Numbered from the whole stretch's first letter, positions 23,376 through 36,615 are shown. The stretch: DNA of 62,922 nucleotides, filler included, from Octopus bimaculoides (GCF_001194135.2; 5 parts of 5 records of this genome joined end to end with filler, not necessarily neighbours in it), one strand, 5' to 3'. Made by a program: numbers and translations. Notes: generated by a model not told the origin, from the sequence alone.

Positions 23376-23451
23376 GTCTCTGATGACGGATCACCCAGTG
23401 AACGGACATGCTATCATATCACTTGGGATATCTCAGAAACAGCTGTAAAAC
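23376..23451 (+). ncRNA. Degenerate hammerhead motif with long stem II, probably in a PLE terminal-repeat relic
   Basis: GTCT-CTGATGA...CCCAGTGA/TCACTTGGG hairpin...GAAA-CAGCTGT-A: 8-nt palindromic stem III (ACAGCUGU), GUA triplet; mismatches at the stem II base and in stem I. Confidence 0.45.
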
Positions 23452-24096
23452 TTCAAATTTACCCTAAATTATTCTACATGACTTGAGATACTCACCCTAC
23501 TTTGGTTTTTGCTGTCATTTTTCCTCTAGTATAATATATACCTGGTAACACAGAAGCCTAATACGGATCCCTAGCTCCAGCCTCAGCTGTGAACTTTGAA
23601 CCTAACGGATGACCAGTTTCAGCACTTGCTCAGCCTACCTATTCGTTTAGATCACTGGCGAACTAAACCCCTCATCTATATATATATATATATATNNNNN
23701 NNNNNNNNNNNNNNNNNNNNNNNNNNNNNNNNNNNNNNNNNNNNNNNNNNNNNNNNNNNNNNNNNNNNNNNNNNNNNNNNNNNNNNNNNNNNNNNNNNNN
23801 NNNNNCCAGGAGTGTCAACATGGAATTTTCGGGGATTAATTTGCACTGCATACACAATACAGACATACTATATACGGTACGTTTTTAAATATGCGCGCGC
23901 GCGCATCTACATGTACATACCTGATGACTGACATGCGTGAAGTGCGGGCTGGCCAGTGTCTATGAAATTTTATTTTCATTTCCTTTAAAACAATACACAT
24001 TTACAGTTCCATTAATCAGCTAATAATCATCGCAGCAATTGCAAGGTAAAATATAAAATTCTTTGTCTCTCTGTAATAATTATTGTGGTATTTACT

Positions 24097-24345
24097 GTTA
24101 AATTAGCAGTTCCATACATGTGCTATTTCGTTCATTTGCTTATATTTCGTTAATTTACACTGCACACGAAAATACAGACATACTATATACATACAACTGC
24201 TTACAAAGATAGAGACATTTGCCGTTAAATTAGCAGTTCCATACATTTCGTTCTGTTTCGTTCATTTGCTTATATTTCATTAATTTACACAGCATACAAA
24301 AATACAGACATACTATATACATACAACTACTTACAAAAATAGAGA
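24097..24345 (+). repeat. 127-bp tandem duplication in the Helitron 5' subterminal region
   Basis: GTTAAATTAGCAGTTCCATACAT...AATACAGACATACTATATACATACAAC starts at 24097 and 24224; partial third copy near 23845. Confidence 0.85.
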
Positions 24346-24399
24346 TTAATGTATATTTTTTCTATGTTCACAATTTTTTGTTTACAATATTGAAAAAAT

Positions 24400-27300
24400 A
24401 TGCCACCAAAGAAAAGGCGTAATCTTTCCAGAAACACGTGTAAAGCGAGGACGATTGCAGAAAACCGAAGGCGAGAGTCTCAACAGAGAAGAGAGATAAG
24501 ACTTTCTCAAGATCAGCAGAGGCATGCTGCAGCACGTTAAATGGAATTTCAAGAGAGAATGGAGATGACACTTTCCCAAGATCAGCTAAGGCATGCTGCA
24601 ATACTTAATGCTGAATCATTAGCACAACGTTTAGCACGCCAGATTAGACAGAGGTTCAATATAATAGCTCTCAGAAATAGACCACATGCAAATCCGTTCT
24701 TCACAACTCCAGGAGATGCTTTCAGAAATGACCCATCCCATTCTTATAAAAATGATTATTCTGTACAAATTGGTGTGCTAAACTCAAATTGTCGTTTCTG
24801 CAAAGCTTTCAAATTTCCAAATGAAACTAATGGCATGTGCTGCTCAGGTGGTAAAGTAAGATTGCCAGCACTACCAGCTCCTCCTCAACCCTTACGGTTC
24901 TTCTGGAAGGATTTTCAAAGGATTTTCTGAACAATATCAGACATTTCAAATGACATCGTTTGGTGCACCTAAGGAGAAAGTTGAACATGGATTTATGACG
25001 ACATTTTAAGTTCAAGGGCAAGTCTATCACCTCATTGGTTCCCTGTTACCCACAGATGAACAACCAAAGTTCCTCCAAATTTACTCAAATTTACGTAGGG
25101 CAACAAATCCAAAGGAGGTGTCAAAACTTCAGAAATTTAGATATAAACATTGCTCACCAATTGCAAAATATGTTACATGAAAACAATGCTCTGGTTCAAG
25201 CTTCTAAATCAGTTATTGAACAACAACCTCAAGGTGATTATCAAATTGCTATCCGCGCTGACAAACGACCTCATGGTCAACATGTACGTCGTTTTAATGG
25301 GCCCACATCTAATGAAGTTGCCATCCTTATGGTAGATGATTTCCATGACAATCAACAACCTTAAAGGTGTTTCAGAGAATCATCCCTCTTATGATGCTCT
25401 CCAATATCCTCTTATATTGTGGAATGGACAAGATGGGTATCATTTCAATATTCCACAGATTCAACCTGCAACAGGAGAGCCAATTACTAAAAAAAGGTGT
25501 CGTCAAATGACTTCTATTCTTACCTTCTATTCTGATGTTAAGACCAGAACAATCAAATCGATTACACATGTATCGTGATCTACTTCAGCTATACCTGGTT
25601 AATATGTATGCCAAAGTTGAGAGTGAGCGTCTCCTGTACATTCGTAACAATCAAAAAAGTTAAGGGCTGAAAATTATGTTTATCTCCAAGATGCTCTCAG
25701 GACAGATGGTGATATTCAAACCATGGGGCAACTTATAATCCTCCATTCATCATTCACAGGTGGTCTTCGATATATGCACGAACGAACACAGGATGCTATG
25801 ACATATGACGGAACATATGGAAAACCAGATATTTTTGTCACTTTCACTTGCAACTTTCAATGAGATGAAATAAAATCTAACCTTCTTCCAGGTCAAGAAC
25901 CCCGTCATCGACATGATATTATTGCAAGAGTGTTCCGTTAAAAAGTTATGGAAATGGTTTATCTGATCACCAACACAAACATTGCCATTTTTGGACCAAC
26001 TATTTGTCATATGTACACTAGCGAATGGCAAAAGAGAGGCCTTCCGTATGCACACACGCCGTTTTGGTTACATGAAAAACTTCATCTCGACCAAATTGAT
26101 ATCATCATTAGTGCTAGATTACTAGATCCAAAAAGAGATCCGGAACTATTTGAAATTGTAAAAACACAGATGGTTCATGGTCCATGTGGTACAATGAATT
26201 TCAATTCTATTTATATGGTGGATGGTAAGTGCACCAAGCACTATCCAAAGCAATTTTTAGATGAAACTCAAACAGAATATGAAGGCTATCCGCTCTACAG
26301 ACGTCGTAAACCATGTCATGGAGGATTTAGAGCAAGCATTAGAGTACGACAGAATTGTCAGTTAGAAATTGGTAAGAGGCAGATTATTTCATATAGTCCG
26401 ATAATGTGCAAAATTTTCAACGCGCACGTCAATGTGGAATTTTGCAACTCTGTCAAAGCAATCATGTTTGTAAGTATATAAATAAGGGATTTGATATGGC
26501 AATGATTGGGCTAAAACATATAAAGATGATGAGCTAACATGTTACCAGATGGCTCGATATATTAGCAGCAATGAGGCAGGCAGCATGGAGACTTTCCAAT
26601 TTTCCACTTCATGAAAGCTATCGAACAGCAGTTCATCTTGCCGTACATTTAGGAAATGGGCAGCGTGTAATCTTTAATCCTGAAAATTCCTAGCAGGTTA
26701 TGCAGAAGATGCAAACTCCTCCAGAAACAACACTTGCTGCTTTCTTTCAACTTTTTAATCAGGACTCATTTGCTGCAACATTACTCTACCAACAAGTCCC
26801 AAACTTCTATACATGGATTCAAACAAATAAGATGTAGAAGAGGAGGGCAAGAGAGAGAGATATTGAAGGATGGCCTGGAATTAAGAAAGGTGATGCACTT
26901 GGAAGGTCTATACTGTACATCCAAACAACTTTGAATGTTATTTTCTTCGAGGACCAAAGTCTTTTCAAGATCTGAGAATGGTTCATGGTCAACTATGTGA
27001 AACTTATTGTGAATCATGTCACAGACAAGGACTGTTAGAAAATGATCCTAACTAGGATGACGCGTTAACTGAAACTTCCGTTTCAAGTTCTCCCACTCAG
27101 CTGAGGAATTTATTTGCAATAATGCTTCGCACATATCCCTTGTCCAGTCCTAAATAACTTTGGGAGAATCACAAGCATGAACTAAATGAGGATGTTCTCA
27201 TTCATGCTCAAAGGGAAAATCCAAACTTTGACCTTCAATTAAATTACTATATTCTCAATAAGATTTTGATACTGCTTGAGAATAAATCCATCATTTGGGA

Positions 27301-28776
27301 AGGAAATATCTAAATGAGTATGGATTGCCATCTACTAACAGACAGCAATAAAATTCTCCGAGAAACTTCCTATAGTTTAGATGCTCTGGCACAGTTTGTC
27401 ACAGAAAATGAACCTAAACTTCAACAATTGCAAAGGTATGAATATAATACAATCACTGATGCAGTTAAACATGAAAGAGGGGGAATTTCATTTTTGGATG
27501 ATCCTGGTGGTACAAGAAAGACATTCCTAATGAATTTACTTCCGCCAACAGAATCAAATTTCCTTAGCTGTTGCATCTTCTGGTATTGCAGCTACCCTCT
27601 TCAATGGGAGAAGAACTGCTCATTCCATGTTCAAGCTCCCTCTAAACCTTGCAATGAAAGAATTTCAAATGTGCAGCATTTCAAAAAACTCTGCAATGGC
27701 AACAGTTCAACAAACTTGCCTCACTGTTTGGGATGAGTGCACTATGTCACATCGTGGAGCTCTAGAAGCAATTGACAGTACCCTTCAAGATATAAAGAAA
27801 CAATAGCACGCTCATGGGAGGAGTAACACTTCTTCTTGCTGGAAATTTTCCTCAAACGCTGCCAGTTATCTCCGAAGGATCAATAGCTGATGAGGTCAAT
27901 GCATGCTTTAAAAAGTCGTACCTTTTGAGACACGTGAAAAAACTTCATCTTACAACCAACATGAGAGTACTTCTACAAGGGGATCATACAGCTGGTGAAT
28001 TCTCAGAGGCGCTTCTTAAGATTGGTAATGGGATATTAGCATTCAACCCAAGACTTCACCTACATGAAATTACATACGGTCAAATGGTACATTCTCTTGT
28101 GGATCTTATGGATAAAGTATTTCCGAATTTATCTGTCAATTACACTGATGTAAACTGGCAATGTTAAAGAGCTATACTGGTTCCAACTAATGAAATGGTT
28201 GATAAACTCAATCATGAACTTCTTGAGAAATTATCAGATACATCAGAAGTGACTTTTCGGTCTATTGACACATCAGTCGACCAAGATCAGGCTGTTCAAT
28301 ACCCTGTTGAAATTCTCAACTCACTCAAACCCACTGGGATGCCACCGCATAACTTGACACTAAAGCTGAGTGCTCCCATTATGTTGCTTAGGAATCTTGA
28401 CCCACCCCACCTCTGCAATGGAACTCGCTTAATTGTTACTTCCATGAAACCCCATGTCCAACAGGCAACAATCGTAACAGGTAGTTACAAAGGAGAAAAT
28501 GCTTTTATTCCAAAAATTCCTCTCGTACCTACAGATGTTCTATCTGAATTTAAGAAGCTTCAATTTTCAGTCAAACTAAGTTTTGCTACTTCAATCAATA
28601 AATCTCAGGGTCAATCCCTCAAAGTAGTTGCACTTGATCTCTCTACTACATGCTTCTCCCACAGCCAACTCTCTGTTGCTTGCTCACGAATTGGAAGCAG
28701 CAACAATTTATTCATTTGGACACCAACAACAACTTACACAATGAATATTGTTTACCCTGAGGTGCTTCAAGATTGA
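24400..28776 (+). pseudogene. Helitron Rep/PIF1-helicase (RepHel) pseudogene with many frameshifts and stops
   Basis: Start MPPKKRRNLSR; Zn-like CRFCKAFKF...MCCSGGKV; SYDALQYPL..W.GQDGYH; LHSSFTGGLRYMH...YGKPDIFVTFTCN; Rep motif 2 EWQKRGLPYAH (~26023; HUH altered); MVHGPCG; YPLYRRR; Walker A DDPGGTRKTF (~27500; damaged); WDECTM; LCNGTRLIV; SINKSQGQSL; HSQLSVACSR; NIVYPEVL. Confidence 0.92.
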
Positions 28777-28859
28777 CAGATCTTCTTTCTAAATTCTATT
28801 AGCATTACAATTTAGATTTTTTTTAAAAATAAAATATAGATATTTTGAACACTCTGCAA

Positions 28860-29400
28860 TGAGACACACCTACTGCTAAAGAAGATGATGCCACATGTTA
28901 TTAACGCCACCATTCTTTCTGGATGTGGAAAAGGAGAGGATGTTTTCATACCTAAGAGCAGAAATTCCTTTTTCATTCAGAAGAGTGCAATTTCTTATTC
29001 GTATCAGCTTTGCAATGTCTATCAATAAATCCCAGGGGTCAAACACTGTCTGTGGTAGGATTTCAGTTGGAAGAGTCATGGTTCTCACACGGGTAACTAT
29101 ATGTTAGCTGTTCTAGAGGAGGAAGCTAAAAATAAATTATATTTGCATTTGGTCCTCATGGAAAAACAAAGAATATTGTTTACAAGAGGTAAATTCATCC
29201 TATGATGCGCTCCAGTATTCATGACTCCTTGTGAATGGGAAAGATGGATACCACTTCGGCATAACACCAACAAACCCGATAACTGCACCAACAAAGTAAT
29301 TTTCTGCATGGACTTCAGTATCAAAGCATATTTTCCAATTACTCCGACCAACCACGCGATAAGCCATTATGCCTTATTTTTCAAGTAATTCATTACTACA
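28860..29400 (+). mobile_element. Fragments of a second Helitron family (helicase C-terminus followed by a Rep-region piece)
   Basis: HVINATILSGCGKGEDVFIP; RRVQFLIRISFAMSINKSQG; HG*LY...TKNIVY; then YDALQYS*LLVNGKDGYH (~29200). Confidence 0.75.
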
Positions 29401-29898
29401 TATTCTCATGTGACTGCCTAGGCTCAATTTAGGTTTCTTATTCTACAGCCACATCAGCAATCCAATGTCAACCCTTTGCCTTCTGCAACATTTCAACAGT
29501 TCACTTCCCCGTTGCTGTCTTCCATTGCAACCCATTTCCGGAATATACCCATTTACGTACATCTCCATTACACCTCCATTCATTTTACTGTCAATCATAC
29601 GATAGGTCATGTTAGACACAGAGCTCAGGGCCTCAAAGGCAAGTATATTCACTGACTTCTTTTCGATGGGTTCAAAAATTACATACCCCCACCCCCAATT
29701 TTCCATGATAGGTTAGGGCATGGAATCCTCTCTAAACGGACGTATTTCATGTCGATTAGTCGAATTAGACTATCATTTACTCCACAGATGTTTTGTCGTT
29801 AATGCTCCACTTACCCCCCCCCCGTATCACCTGTTTCAACATAACTGTAATATATATATATATCTATATATATATATATACAAACTTATCATTTTAAT

Positions 29899-29953
29899 CC
29901 CGAGCAACATTGATGCTCAAGCCAAAATCATCACGAGCCGAGTCAAATGCTAG
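29899..29953 (+). mobile_element. Helitron 3' terminus (interrupted hairpin plus CTAG)
   Basis: CCCGAGCAAC[28 nt]GCCGAGTCAAATG-CTAG; removing the insert gives a near copy of the terminus at 29996-30023. Confidence 0.55.
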
Positions 29954-29995
29954 CAGGCGCTCAGAGAAGGAAAGAAAGATAGTTTTATATATATA

Positions 29996-31075
29996 CTAGC
30001 AGAAATACTCGGCTTTGCCCGGGTTAAAGAGAATAATGAAATCTAATAACGCCGTCTAGACTACGCAACCCTCAACTGTTAGTAGCNNNNNNNNNNNNNN
30101 NNNNNNNNNNNNNNNNNNNNNNNNNNNNNNNNNNNNNNNNNNNNNNNNNNNNNNNNNNNNNNNNNNNNNNNNNNNNNNNNNNNNNNNNNNNNNNNNNNNN
30201 NNNNNNNNNNNNNNNNNNNNNNNNNNNNNNNNNNNNNNNNNNNNNNNNNNNNNNNNNNNNNNNNNNNNNNNNNNNNNNNNNNNNNNNNNNNNNNNNNNNN
30301 NNNNNNNNNNNNNNNNNNNNNNNNNNNNNNNNNNNNNNNNNNNNNNNNNNNNNNNNNNNNNNNNNNNNNNNNNNNNNNNNNNNNNNNNNNNNNNNNNNNN
30401 NNNNNNNNNNNNNNNNNNNNNNNNNNNNNNNNNNNNNNNNNNNNNNNNNNNNNNNNNNNNNNNNNNNNNNNNNNNNNNNNNNNNNNNNNNGTGTTTGTGT
30501 GTGATGGGTGTATATATGTATAGATATCTGTATGCATGTATATATATGTATATATGTGTACATATTACATGTACATCTATATATATATACATCTACACAT
30601 ATGTATACATATACATGTATGCATATAGATCTATATCTATATATATCTATGCATATACGTGTATATGTATACATATACATCTCTTTCTCTCTCTTTCTCT
30701 CTCTCTCTCTCTCTGAAAATATCTGTCATTACAGTATCGAAATGTGATTGTTTCAGTTAGTAGAATAACGTGTACATATACATCTATATGTATACATATA
30801 CATCTCTCTCTCTGTGTCTTTCTGTCTCTCTCTGTGAAAGTATCTGTCATTACAGTATCGAAATGTGATTGTTTCAGTTAGTGGAATATGTATGTATGCA
30901 TTCACCTCTTAGGAAGCAAAAAATTAATAAATGGCCGATTTCGGGCATTTTCGACCATGAGGAATTCATTGGTGCGAGTGCCAGATTGCTATCTTGTAAG
31001 GTGTGGATTTCTATAGATGCAACACACACTCTATAGATGCAACACACACTCACTCACAAACTCAGTTTTACAATT
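29996..31075 (-). mobile_element. Non-autonomous Helitron with its 3' end at 29996; 5' extent uncertain
   Basis: Minus strand reads CCCGGGCAAAGCCGAG-TATTTCTG-CTAG|T (hairpin, CTAG, T target); internal ~120-bp duplication at 30715-30887; N gap inside. Confidence 0.6.
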
Positions 31076-31084
31076 TGTACTGAT

Positions 31085-31260
31085 TTATTATTGGGCCACT
31101 TGATTATGTAACTAACTACCTCACTACCGATCTTAGGAAACTGGTCTTCACAAAACCAGAAAGAATACCGTACAATTCTTAGGGTATTTGTTAATTTAAC
31201 TAAATGGCTCACGACCAACCTTGAGAAACTGGGCTTCACAAAACCAGAAAGAAAATCAAA
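31085..31260 (+). mobile_element. Tandemly duplicated R4/Dong-like C-terminal fragment
   Basis: IIGPLDYVTNYLTTDLRKLVFTKPER, then TNLEKLGFTKPER; 29-bp direct repeat at ~31137 and ~31226; resembles IIGALSFVSICLGDNLEN at ~34170. Confidence 0.5.
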
Positions 31261-31329
31261 ATACATCTAATTTAACTAGTACTGTAAAAACATGTAAAAC
31301 ACCAAAATTTTAACTTGTGGTATGTACAC

Positions 31330-31556
31330 ATACACACATAAACATATACATACACACATACGTACGTACGTACGTACGTACGTACATACGTACATACATG
31401 CATACATACATACATACATACGTACGTGCATACATACGTACGTACATACATACATACATACATACACACATACATACATACATATATACGTACATACATA
31501 CATACATACATACATACATACATACATACATACATACATACATACATACATACATA
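31330..31556. repeat. (TACA)n/(TACG)n tetranucleotide microsatellite
   Basis: Source of the MYVC/TYIH ORFs. Confidence 0.95.
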
Positions 31557-32444
31557 GGCAGATAATGGCGCTATCAACATCAGATGTGTAGAGGACCGTT
31601 TAAAAAAGTCTTTTTAAACATTTTTAAAAAAAAATTATGACAACTCGTGAAACCTAAATAATTACTAGTTTATTTCTTCTGCTATAAATATCTTTTACTT
31701 ACCAACGCAACGTTATTCAGACCGAATTACAAAATATGTCTTACAACACGTGGGCTTTCACTAGCACAATCATGGTTGAGGCTAATAACAACACCAACAC
31801 AACCAATACAACACTTTTATATTATTTAAGATAACCTAAGTATTCTTCCCACTTCAGTTGATCCAACATCTACTTCGGTGTTATGAAAAAGCCTGAGATG
31901 ACCTTTCTATCAGGTACGTAATATGGCTAAATATACTGGGACAAAGATCTCCCAAACTTTAGTTATTTTACGGCGAAATAACTTCAATACCAAACATCTT
32001 TTTAACTTTTTTTTAAAATGTCTATTGCATATAGCAATAGTTACTCCAATTCTCGAAATGCTAATCGATCTTTTCAAAACACTGAGAAATCTGCCATAAG
32101 AGAGATCGAAATTAATGTAAACAAACCACTTCTGCTCTCATTAAATTCCTGTATATCTCCACATGTAACTGATTCGACAGAGACTACTGCGTAATATATT
32201 CATCTTCAGATGTTGAAACTACAGTTCGTAAAAATGTTTTCCGGTTTCCTAAGCTGTCGTTGAGCAACAGGCCATTCTCAACAAGATAAAAGAAACAACC
32301 AACTGCTCTCATGTTAAAAGTTATTGACATTGCTGGAGAGCATATGGAATTATCTGATTCATTGCCGGACAATTAATATTTTCCTATACGTAGCTGGTGT
32401 TATTCATAAATAATACTTAAGAGAAACCAGCAGTATCCAAGGTA

Positions 32445-34310
32445 ATGAAATTACTAAACGGAAGAACTGAGATGGAAAAAGAAAACATCAACAATCTGCG
32501 CCGCCATATTGGATGGTTAACCACAATAATAAAATGTAAGGAAAATAATGAGTTTACACTTGAGTTTACATCTTATGCAAACAATGAGAAAACTCTATGG
32601 CGACTCTTCACGCTAAGTTCTTTAGAGAAAACTAATTACTTTAAAGCACGAGCGAAAAACTTTATTATCGTTAGATGCTAAGCGAAAAACTTCATTATCG
32701 TTGACGCAGAGCGAAAAACTTCGTTATCGTAAAATAATTACTGAGAGAGCCAGTTTAAATCACAAGTTTGCTTCCAAATCACAAGTGTAGTAACGCCGTG
32801 CGCATGCGTAGTCTCACGCATGCGTGGAATTAAACAACCAAGCGTTCCCGCTTCTATTCTATCTTTTTCTTGCTGGCCAGCAATAGAGCATGGACGTGTT
32901 TAGTTGTCACTCTCCATCTTTCGGACTTACACTCGACAGCTCGCTTACATCTACATACCAAACGTCCCAACAACTATACTCACACACACAGAAGCGGTAA
33001 CAACTAACAAGAGCTAAAGATGTATATATTTACCACCTGAATAAATGTTGTTTAAGTTGATAGTCTGGAGTTCAGCGTTCCGTGTTATTCATAATTTTAT
33101 ATAGGAAAGTCAGGTATATATCTAATGATGGATAACCCACTTTCCTATACAAGCATTATACCGCAAGGTGAGGAAGAAAATATTATTGTTAAGAAAGCTC
33201 TTCAAAAATCTTAAATCATTTTGGTCTAAAATCTGGAATGAAAAAAAAGTGACTAAATACAGTTACGAAAGAATACTATACAGACATCGATAGTAAAATA
33301 CACACAATAATCCCCACGCCCGAAACTTTCACCATAGCTGTAAGCAAACTACTTAATGGGGAGGAACTTGGAACAGGCTGAATAGTTGGATACTGGTACA
33401 AAAGGCTGACTTTCTACTGAAAGTCATTAATATGTATATTTAAAAGAACTATGGGAGGCCACATTGACATTCCAAATTGGTTTGCTAGAACACCGACAGA
33501 GTTGGCAGAAAGAATATGTCCACTGCTGGCCTAAATATTATGTACAAGATTTACATAGCCTCTCATACATACCCCTAACATACTTCAAAGATGTAAAATG
33601 CTCAACATATGGAAAAAGGCTATGCATGGATATGTTTCACGAAGACAAAACATGACATTAATATCGTCATGAAGGGCGACCTTTCATAGACACATGACTG
33701 CTACATCACATCACATTTCAGTGATTATGCTTTTCCAGGAGCAGGAGATCGTTACAAAATACCTAATAGATAAAAAGACAACGAAGCTTTTAGAACCCCA
33801 AAATGTAGCCGAAAATGTTGCTACATCAGTTATCAACATCTGCCGAAAATATCATCATGGTACTACTTCCCTATGCAATATGACGATGTTAATAAAACAG
33901 TATACAATGTCATCGGAAAAAGATTGACATGGAATAAATATAAGGAATCCTCCTGTTATTGAATACATAAAGAAATATCAACACAAATAATATTGGTGGA
34001 AATTTCCGTCAAAATTTCTACAAAGTACAAATAAACAAGAAAAGTATGTACCATCATAGAGGTCAGCTGCCCTGTTGAGGTGAATATCTCTGAAAATCAA
34101 AGAGAAAGAGGATAGCTACAGACAACTACTTCAATTCCTTCAGCTTCTATATCCAGATTATAGAAAATAATTGGTGCACTTAGTTTTGTTAGTATATGCC
34201 TAGGTGACAATCTGGAAAATTAAGGTTTTTGGAAAAATATAAACCAGTTAACAAGCACTTTACAAATATATACAATCTGTTAGTGGAATATTAAAAATAT
34301 ACAATATGTG
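32445..34310 (+). mobile_element. Old, internally deleted R4/Dong-clade non-LTR element
   Basis: ENINNLRRHIGWLTTII; FWSKIWNE; IVGYWYKRLT; IPNWFART; FQEQEIVTKYL; relic CCHC knuckle; RLE region CTIIEVSCPVEVNIS...LQLLYPDY...IIGAL. The core RT appears to be missing. Confidence 0.65.
32651..32730 (+). repeat. 29-30 bp tandem repeat, 3 copies
   Basis: AGCGAAAAACTTYRTTATCGT at 32651, 32681 and 32710. Confidence 0.85.
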
Positions 34311-35069
34311 ATGTTGATTTTGTTATCTACATTCCAACAATGGAGCTTTGTATCTTTGTTAGAAACCAGCTCTTTATTTACAGGAAGATTTCAAATAATT
34401 AAAAGCGGAAGAGAACATACATAAATTATCAGAGATTCATACGTGTACGGATACATATATTTATAAAATCATACATAAATACATACACACACGCACACAC
34501 ACATACATACATACAAAGATATATGTAAACATACATACGCACATGCATGCATACGCACATGCATGCATACGCACGTGCATGCATACGCACACAACACTCA
34601 CACAAGCATGCATACATGTGTATGTATACAAATAAACATACATAGATACACACATGCAGACATCATTCAGAGATGTATGCATATGTTGACACACATATAC
34701 ATACAGACAGACATGCACTCATATATGCACACATATACATACACATACATATATACAGACATACGTACATACATACACACATGCAAAAATGCATGTATAT
34801 AAATATAAACATCCATTCAATTTACATGCGTACGTTCACACACATATGTACACACACGCACACACACACAATTTGTTTATCACTCGCAGACCTACATATG
34901 TTGTCTTCAAGAGTGATTTGGGGGATATTCCCCAGGATGAAGAATTCAGCACTTAACTCACATCACTGGACGAAAATCGATAAAATCAAACGGATACTCT
35001 GAATACATTAATCGATTTGTTCTTATCTCTACTCATTTTTTGCCTTTTTTTTGTCATAAAAGTCATATC

Positions 35070-35860
35070 ACCACCGACCACTACACCACCAGAAGCACCA
35101 TAACCACCACTACGTCAACCAACACTACCACAACCACCACCACAACCAACACTACCACAACCACCACCACTACCAACACTACAACCACTACTATCAGCAC
35201 TATGTCAACCAGCATCACCACCACCACCGCCAAATTTTCCTGTGCTGCTACCACCACCACCACATCCACTTCCATACCCCACCACTGCGTCAACCACCAC
35301 CACCACCAGCATCATCACCGCAACTGCCACCACTACCACATATCCACTCCCATATATCACTGCCACCACCACTGCATCAACCACCACCACCACCATCGTC
35401 ACTGCTGCTGCCACCACTACTGCATCCGCTCCACTACTACTACTACCACACCATTACTATCACTACTCCTACAGACCATCACTACCACGACACTAATACT
35501 ACTTAATACCACCACACCTAGGAACGAACTCGGGTGGGTGGGGGATCAATGCCCCCCCCCCTTAAGAAAAGAAGTGTACCCTTCTAAATAATGTTACTAC
35601 GCCCTTTTCTCCTGAAATTGTATTCCCTTCTAACTTTGTGCCCTCCCTTCGAACAATTCCTGGGACCACGCCTGCACGCCACTACTGCCACTACCACTTC
35701 CACCAATACTACCACACCACCACCACTACCATTACCTTTGTCGCTATTACCCATTTCACTAACACCACCTTCACCACTGCCAAATCCATTTTTACCATCA
35801 ATACCATCTTTACCCCACAACCGCCACCAACACCAACACCATTATGCAACCACTATTTTT
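35070..35860. repeat. (CAC/TAC)n triplet low-complexity tracts
   Basis: Produce the poly-T/H/V ORFs. Confidence 0.85.
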
Positions 35861-36109
35861 CGGCTACCATTCCAACCACTTGCCAGTCATACCGAATGAA
35901 GGAAAACATGAATAGGATTAGCCCAAGAACATCTGGTATTGGACAATTCAAGAAGACCTCGGATATACAAGGGCCAGTTGAATAGGAAGAGGAAGGCCTA
36001 AAGCAGACTAACTAGGCTGAGTGAAGCTTGCTGCCTTTTGCATCTCAGAAGATGAGAGGACCAAAGTCTGAATGTATTAGATCAGACTTGGATCAACTGG
36101 AATATAAGT

Positions 36110-36340
36110 GATTGAAAGTGCAATACTACCCCCTGGATAGGGTACCAGTTTATTGCAGGGTCAAACTCCAGCTGTTGCCGGTACTCATTCTTAGTTGACT
36201 GGAGTTATCATCATCATCATGTAAAATGTGATGTGAATTGTTTTATCCAAGAACATGACCAACTACCTGGACTGAGAATTGAATCTTTAACCTTACAATT
36301 ATGAATTCAGCATCTTAATCACTGGGCAACGTGCTTTCAC
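36110..36340 (-). mobile_element. CORE-SINE, old copy
   Basis: TTTTATCCAAGAACA...GAGAATTGAATC...TTAATCACTGGGCAACGTGC is a degenerate reverse-complement head and core. Confidence 0.5.
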
Positions 36341-36615
36341 TTTCTATATCCACTCCATATATGTGTGTGTGTGTGTATAAATATATAAATTTTTTTTCTG
36401 GTGAAGTCCGGTTTATGGGGTTACCTTGGGTTTACATATGAAATAAAAGCAGCTCTATTATAATAAATATTAATAACTACGTCTACTCCACCATGCTATT
36501 GCAGCCACCAGAAAATACATGATGCATATAAGTTAAGTATATGTGATTTTTAATATAATGTTTGTGTGTTTGTGAACACATACATATTTGTATATATATA
36601 TATATATATATATAT

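Noticed and set aside
31272-31591. MYVC/TYIH repeat proteins (also 34429-35002, 38488-38925, 44740-45002)
   Set aside because: Tetranucleotide and dinucleotide repeats that are open in several frames on both strands.
35040-35985. Mucin-like or His-rich ORFs
   Set aside because: CAC/TAC triplet low complexity, open in all frames, with no signal peptide or splice support.
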